From Chloroflexota bacterium (GTDB taxonomy: Bacteria > Chloroflexota > UBA11872 > VXOZ01), in NCBI GenBank assembly GCA_965221905.1, contig OZ244922.1:2432001-2496000 (forward strand): 64,000 nt of DNA. Direction: 5' to 3'. Below, one piece after another: positions 60,716 through 64,000 of the stretch (the stretch's first letter is position 1; every line of letters begins with the position of its first letter). Position numbers and translations under genes: made by a program. Below the pieces are notes generated by a model. The model worked only from the letters and a program-made list of their open reading frames with translations, had not been told where the DNA came from and did not search any database.

Positions 60716-61552
60716 TCAAGGTTTTCTTCCATATGAAAGCACCGCTGCCATTGGCAAGCGAATACTTCCTGCCTCATCAAACGCCATCACTGCCTCTCGG
60801 ACGGCAATTCGGATTGCGGCGCGTGCTTCCGGCTTCTGCGCTTGCAAGAGCGCGCCGGTGCGCACCGCTCCGTAGAGAAAAGTTTCAAAGAGTACGTCAG
60901 CATCCTGCATTTCCCAATCAACGTGGATTTCCTCCACCGTTGGGCCTTTGAAACCCGCCTCGGTCATTACTCGCTCGCTCTCAGCCGCATCGCTAAATCT
61001 GAAGAAGGGCGGTCCTTCCGGCAGGGGAACGTCCATCGCGCCATGCTCGGCAATTGCGTCGAGTATGATTTTGAATCCCAGACATGTGTTGGGATCGCCC
61101 CATACGGTAAAGGCAACCCGGCCACCGGAGCGTAGTACCCGGTACGCCTCCGCCAGCGCTAATTCGGGTTGAGCGACGTGCAGCAAGCCAAAGTTCATGA
61201 CGACAGCATCGAAGAGCGCAACGGGAAAGGGCAGCTTTTCGGCACTCCCGGTTTGGAAAGTGATGGCAGGATATTGCTTCCGCGCCACTGCCACCGCAGC
61301 CTCTGCAAAGTCAATTCCCTCTACTTCAGCACCGCGACGCGCTGCCGCCGCCGCAACATACCCGGGTCCTGTTGCCACGTCAAGCACACGGGATCCGGCT
61401 CTTACGCCGCCGGCATTGAGCAGTGGATCGATGAAACGCGTGGTAAGGGCCGCAAAATAGCGGTGATAGTCACCGGCAACCCGTTCCCACCCTGCTCTTT
61501 CGAATTCGTAGAATGCGTTGGAATCATCCTGGCCTCGCCCCGGCATGCTCAA
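60716..61552 (-). CDS. class I SAM-dependent methyltransferase (UbiE-like)
   Basis: VLDVATGPG, AEKLPF, FDAV, RVLRSGGR. Confidence 0.9.
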   Translation of the reverse strand: MSMPGRGQDDSNAFYEFERAGWERVAGDYHRYFAALTTRFIDPLLNAGGVRAGSRVLDVATGPGYVAAAAARRGAEVEGIDFAEAAVAVARKQYPAITFQTGSAEKLPFPVALFDAVVMNFGLLHVAQPELALAEAYRVLRSGGRVAFTVWGDPNTCLGFKIILDAIAEHGAMDVPLPEGPPFFRFSDAAESERVMTEAGFKGPTVEEIHVDWEMQDADVLFETFLYGAVRTGALLQAQKPEARAAIRIAVREAVMAFDEAGSIRLPMAAVLSYGRKP

Positions 61553-61945
61553 CTCCTTTACGGGGATTCGCGACTAATGCCATTGTACCCGGCGGGGCAG
61601 AATTAGACCGATTCTATAGTGTGGTCTCCGAAACGTAGCTAAGAGGCTACTAGCGAGAAGCGACCGACGCAATGACAACCAGCAGGCCTAATGTTCAGCG
61701 ACTAAAGGGCATAGAGAAACCATCCGCACTCTCGTTCTCAAACTACGGGAGACCCGCAGTTTCATACTGTGCGGCAAGAAGCAATGAGCGTGTACGCCAT
61801 ATGCCCAAGAATGCTATAGTATTGGATGATCTTCTTTGCGAAAACATATCGATGCGCTGATTTCGCAGTCATCGCAAGAAGGTTCACCTCGAATTCAATG
61901 AGATGTGGGTAATCGCATCGTTAGCAGCTACTAAGGAACTCCGCT

Positions 61946-62857
61946 ATGTGCGGCATTATCGGCTTTCTCGATAAGGCAGGCCAGGGCACAGCGCCGGTCG
62001 GAAACACTGTGCTTACAATGCTCAACGCCTTAGCGTGCCGCGGGCCGGACTCCGCCGGCGTCGCGCTCTATTCCGGCTCAAACAACGGGCACACCGTTCT
62101 CCGTATAAAGCTGGGCGAGAACGGCGACTATGCCGGGCGCCGCGAAAGCATCACCGAGCGAGTCCAAGCTCTGGGCGAAATTCACGACACATCAGCAACT
62201 GAAGAGTACCTTCGTCTTGAACTCGACTTTCAAGGCGACCCACAGGAGCTCGGCGCTCTCATTGAATCTGAAGCAGCCGACGTTGAGGTAGTTAGCATGG
62301 GGAACGCCTTAGAAATCGTCAAACAGGTGGGCTCCCCACAGAATCTCGAACAGACCCACGGCGTTTCGCGCATTACCGGCACACACGGGATTGGGCATAC
62401 TCGCCTCTCCACTGAATCGCGAGTGGACCTGAGCCATTCGCAGCCGTTCTGGGCGCATGGCGTACCCGATCTCGCTGTAGTGCACAACGGCCACATCACG
62501 AATTACCACAAACTGCGCCGACTCTATGAACAGCACGGCATACGGTTCTACACTGATAACGACTCTGAAGTCATCGGCGTATACTTGGCAGACCGCCTTT
62601 CGCAAGGCATGTCACTTAAAGAGGCGCTCACCGCCTCACTGTACGACTTGGACGGCTCCTTTAGCTTTCTGGCTGCAACGCAGAATGAGTTGGGCTTTGC
62701 CAAAGACCGCTTCGCCCTGAAGCCGCTCCTCTTTACCGAGACGGATGACTCGGTTGTGGTCGCTACCGAAGAGATTGCAATTGAGAACGCCTTCCCCGGC
62801 ATTGGCGGCGTGCGCGAGGCGCAAGCGAAGGAAGTACAGGTATGGCAGTTGAACTAG
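61946..62857 (+). CDS. glxB: class II glutamine amidotransferase, N-methylglutamate synthase subunit A (GlxB/MgsA)
   Basis: MCGI, RGPDSAG, GHTRLSTES, VHNGHITN, DSEV; synteny with glxC and glxD. Confidence 0.85.
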   Translation: MCGIIGFLDKAGQGTAPVGNTVLTMLNALACRGPDSAGVALYSGSNNGHTVLRIKLGENGDYAGRRESITERVQALGEIHDTSATEEYLRLELDFQGDPQELGALIESEAADVEVVSMGNALEIVKQVGSPQNLEQTHGVSRITGTHGIGHTRLSTESRVDLSHSQPFWAHGVPDLAVVHNGHITNYHKLRRLYEQHGIRFYTDNDSEVIGVYLADRLSQGMSLKEALTASLYDLDGSFSFLAATQNELGFAKDRFALKPLLFTETDDSVVVATEEIAIENAFPGIGGVREAQAKEVQVWQLN

Positions 62858-63555
62858 ATTGCGCCGGCAAGACTGTCCGGGAGATTAACACCGCAATCAA
62901 GGGGATCATTGCCGGCGGAGAAGATGCCGTCACCGTGCGTAATCCGGGAGCGCGGCACAACCTTGGCGTCGCGCTTCTCCAACCCTCCACGGTAACGTTC
63001 GATGGCAGTGTGGGTTACTTTTGCGGGGGCCTGATGGATGGCGCTACCGTGGAGGTCAACGGAAGCACCGGCTGGGGTCTGGCAGAGTCGATGCTCTCCG
63101 GCACCGTCATCGTCCGCGGCAGTGCCGGTAACGGGGCGGCAGCCACCATTCGCGGAGGCACTGTGGTCATTCATGAACACGCAGCCGCTCGGGCCGGAGT
63201 GGCTATGAAGGGCGGCCTCCTGCTGATTGGCGGGAACTGCGGCTACATGGCCGGCTTCATGGGACAGCGCGGCACGATTGTCGTTTGCGGTGACGTGGGT
63301 GAAGCATTCGCCGATTCTATGTACGAGACTGTCTGCTACGTCGGGGGCAAGATTGGCGACCTGGGAAATGATGCCGTGATTGAAGACCTTACCGCTGACG
63401 ACTTTGCGTATCTCGAAGCGACCTTCGCCGAGCATCTTCCCGATCGTTTGGCTGATCTGAAGCCGCGCCTTGCGGACTTTAAGAAGATAGTCTCCGGTCG
63501 CCGCTTGTGGAACTTCGATAAGACTGATTGGGATGTTTGGCAGCAAGTGGTATAG
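62842..63555 (+). CDS. glxC: GXGXG-domain N-methylglutamate synthase subunit B (GlxC/MgsB)
   Basis: NPGARHNL, GSVGYFCGG, MKGG, DSMYE, SGRRLWNF. Confidence 0.88.
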   Translation: MAVELDCAGKTVREINTAIKGIIAGGEDAVTVRNPGARHNLGVALLQPSTVTFDGSVGYFCGGLMDGATVEVNGSTGWGLAESMLSGTVIVRGSAGNGAAATIRGGTVVIHEHAAARAGVAMKGGLLLIGGNCGYMAGFMGQRGTIVVCGDVGEAFADSMYETVCYVGGKIGDLGNDAVIEDLTADDFAYLEATFAEHLPDRLADLKPRLADFKKIVSGRRLWNFDKTDWDVWQQVV

Positions 63556-63847
63556 GCCTAAAGGACTCAGCAAGAGACGAATGCGATTGCCCGCAGATTG
63601 GAACAAATAAAACCTCAGTTGAATTGGTCGTTGGCGGGAGCAGGACATTCCAATACGATGTCCCGCATGCGTCGTACTCTTTCACTGTGATACTGCGCTA
63701 GTGCTGTGCAACAGTTGCCACCAATTGCGACCAAGACACTTGAGAGTAGACAATCCGCAGACTGCCGTGTCGGATGGGTTTCGATCTTCAGGACGCCAAC
63801 ACTGCTGCAATTGTGATGAAAATGCCCCATAAGAGGAGCAAGGGACT

Positions 63848-64000
63848 ATGACAGACGGCGAGAACGGCCGGCTGCGACCGAGTGCTACGTACACGCCAGA
63901 GGTAATTTCCGAAATCCAGGAAAAGGCGCAACTTGGGCGCTATATCATGCGCGGTTTTGGCACGCTGCGCGAACGGAATTGGACGACATTCGACGATCTC
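63848..64000 (+). CDS. glxD: 5' part of FMN-binding glutamate synthase family subunit (GlxD/MgsC), runs off the window
   Basis: MTDGENGRLRPSATYTPEVISEIQEKAQLGRYIMRGFG...FDDL; not in the ORF track. Confidence 0.8.
   Translation, partial: MTDGENGRLRPSATYTPEVISEIQEKAQLGRYIMRGFGTLRERNWTTFDDL

Overview
Bacterial chromosomal window of moderately high GC, probably Chloroflexota (inferred from 16S features and many Tat/lipoprotein solute-binding proteins; RCC1, NHL and FN3 repeat proteins hint at a host-associated, e.g. sponge, lifestyle, which is unverified). The rRNA operon is split and convergent: 16S followed by tRNA-Ile and tRNA-Ala on +, and about 23 kb away a separately promoted 23S-5S on -. 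The 23S carries a group I intron at the L1931 site with a LAGLIDADG homing endonuclease. A probable 6S RNA lies upstream of 16S. Both tRNA-Ala isoacceptors occur as an intact copy plus a full-length degenerate copy bracketing cargo genes. The TGC pair encloses an ABC-ATPase/nuclease pair and the most notable find, a cobalamin-independent methionine-synthase-like gene with an in-frame UGA at the zinc-ligand Cys (HL-UGA-RGN) and a SECIS-like hairpin, i.e. a candidate selenoprotein split in two by the ORF track. The rest is catabolic and envelope genes, GmrSD, a nucleotidyltransferase plus phosphodiesterase-glycosyltransferase pair, a PrsW-NHL fusion, tlyA, glxBCD and several families of small palindromic repeats.
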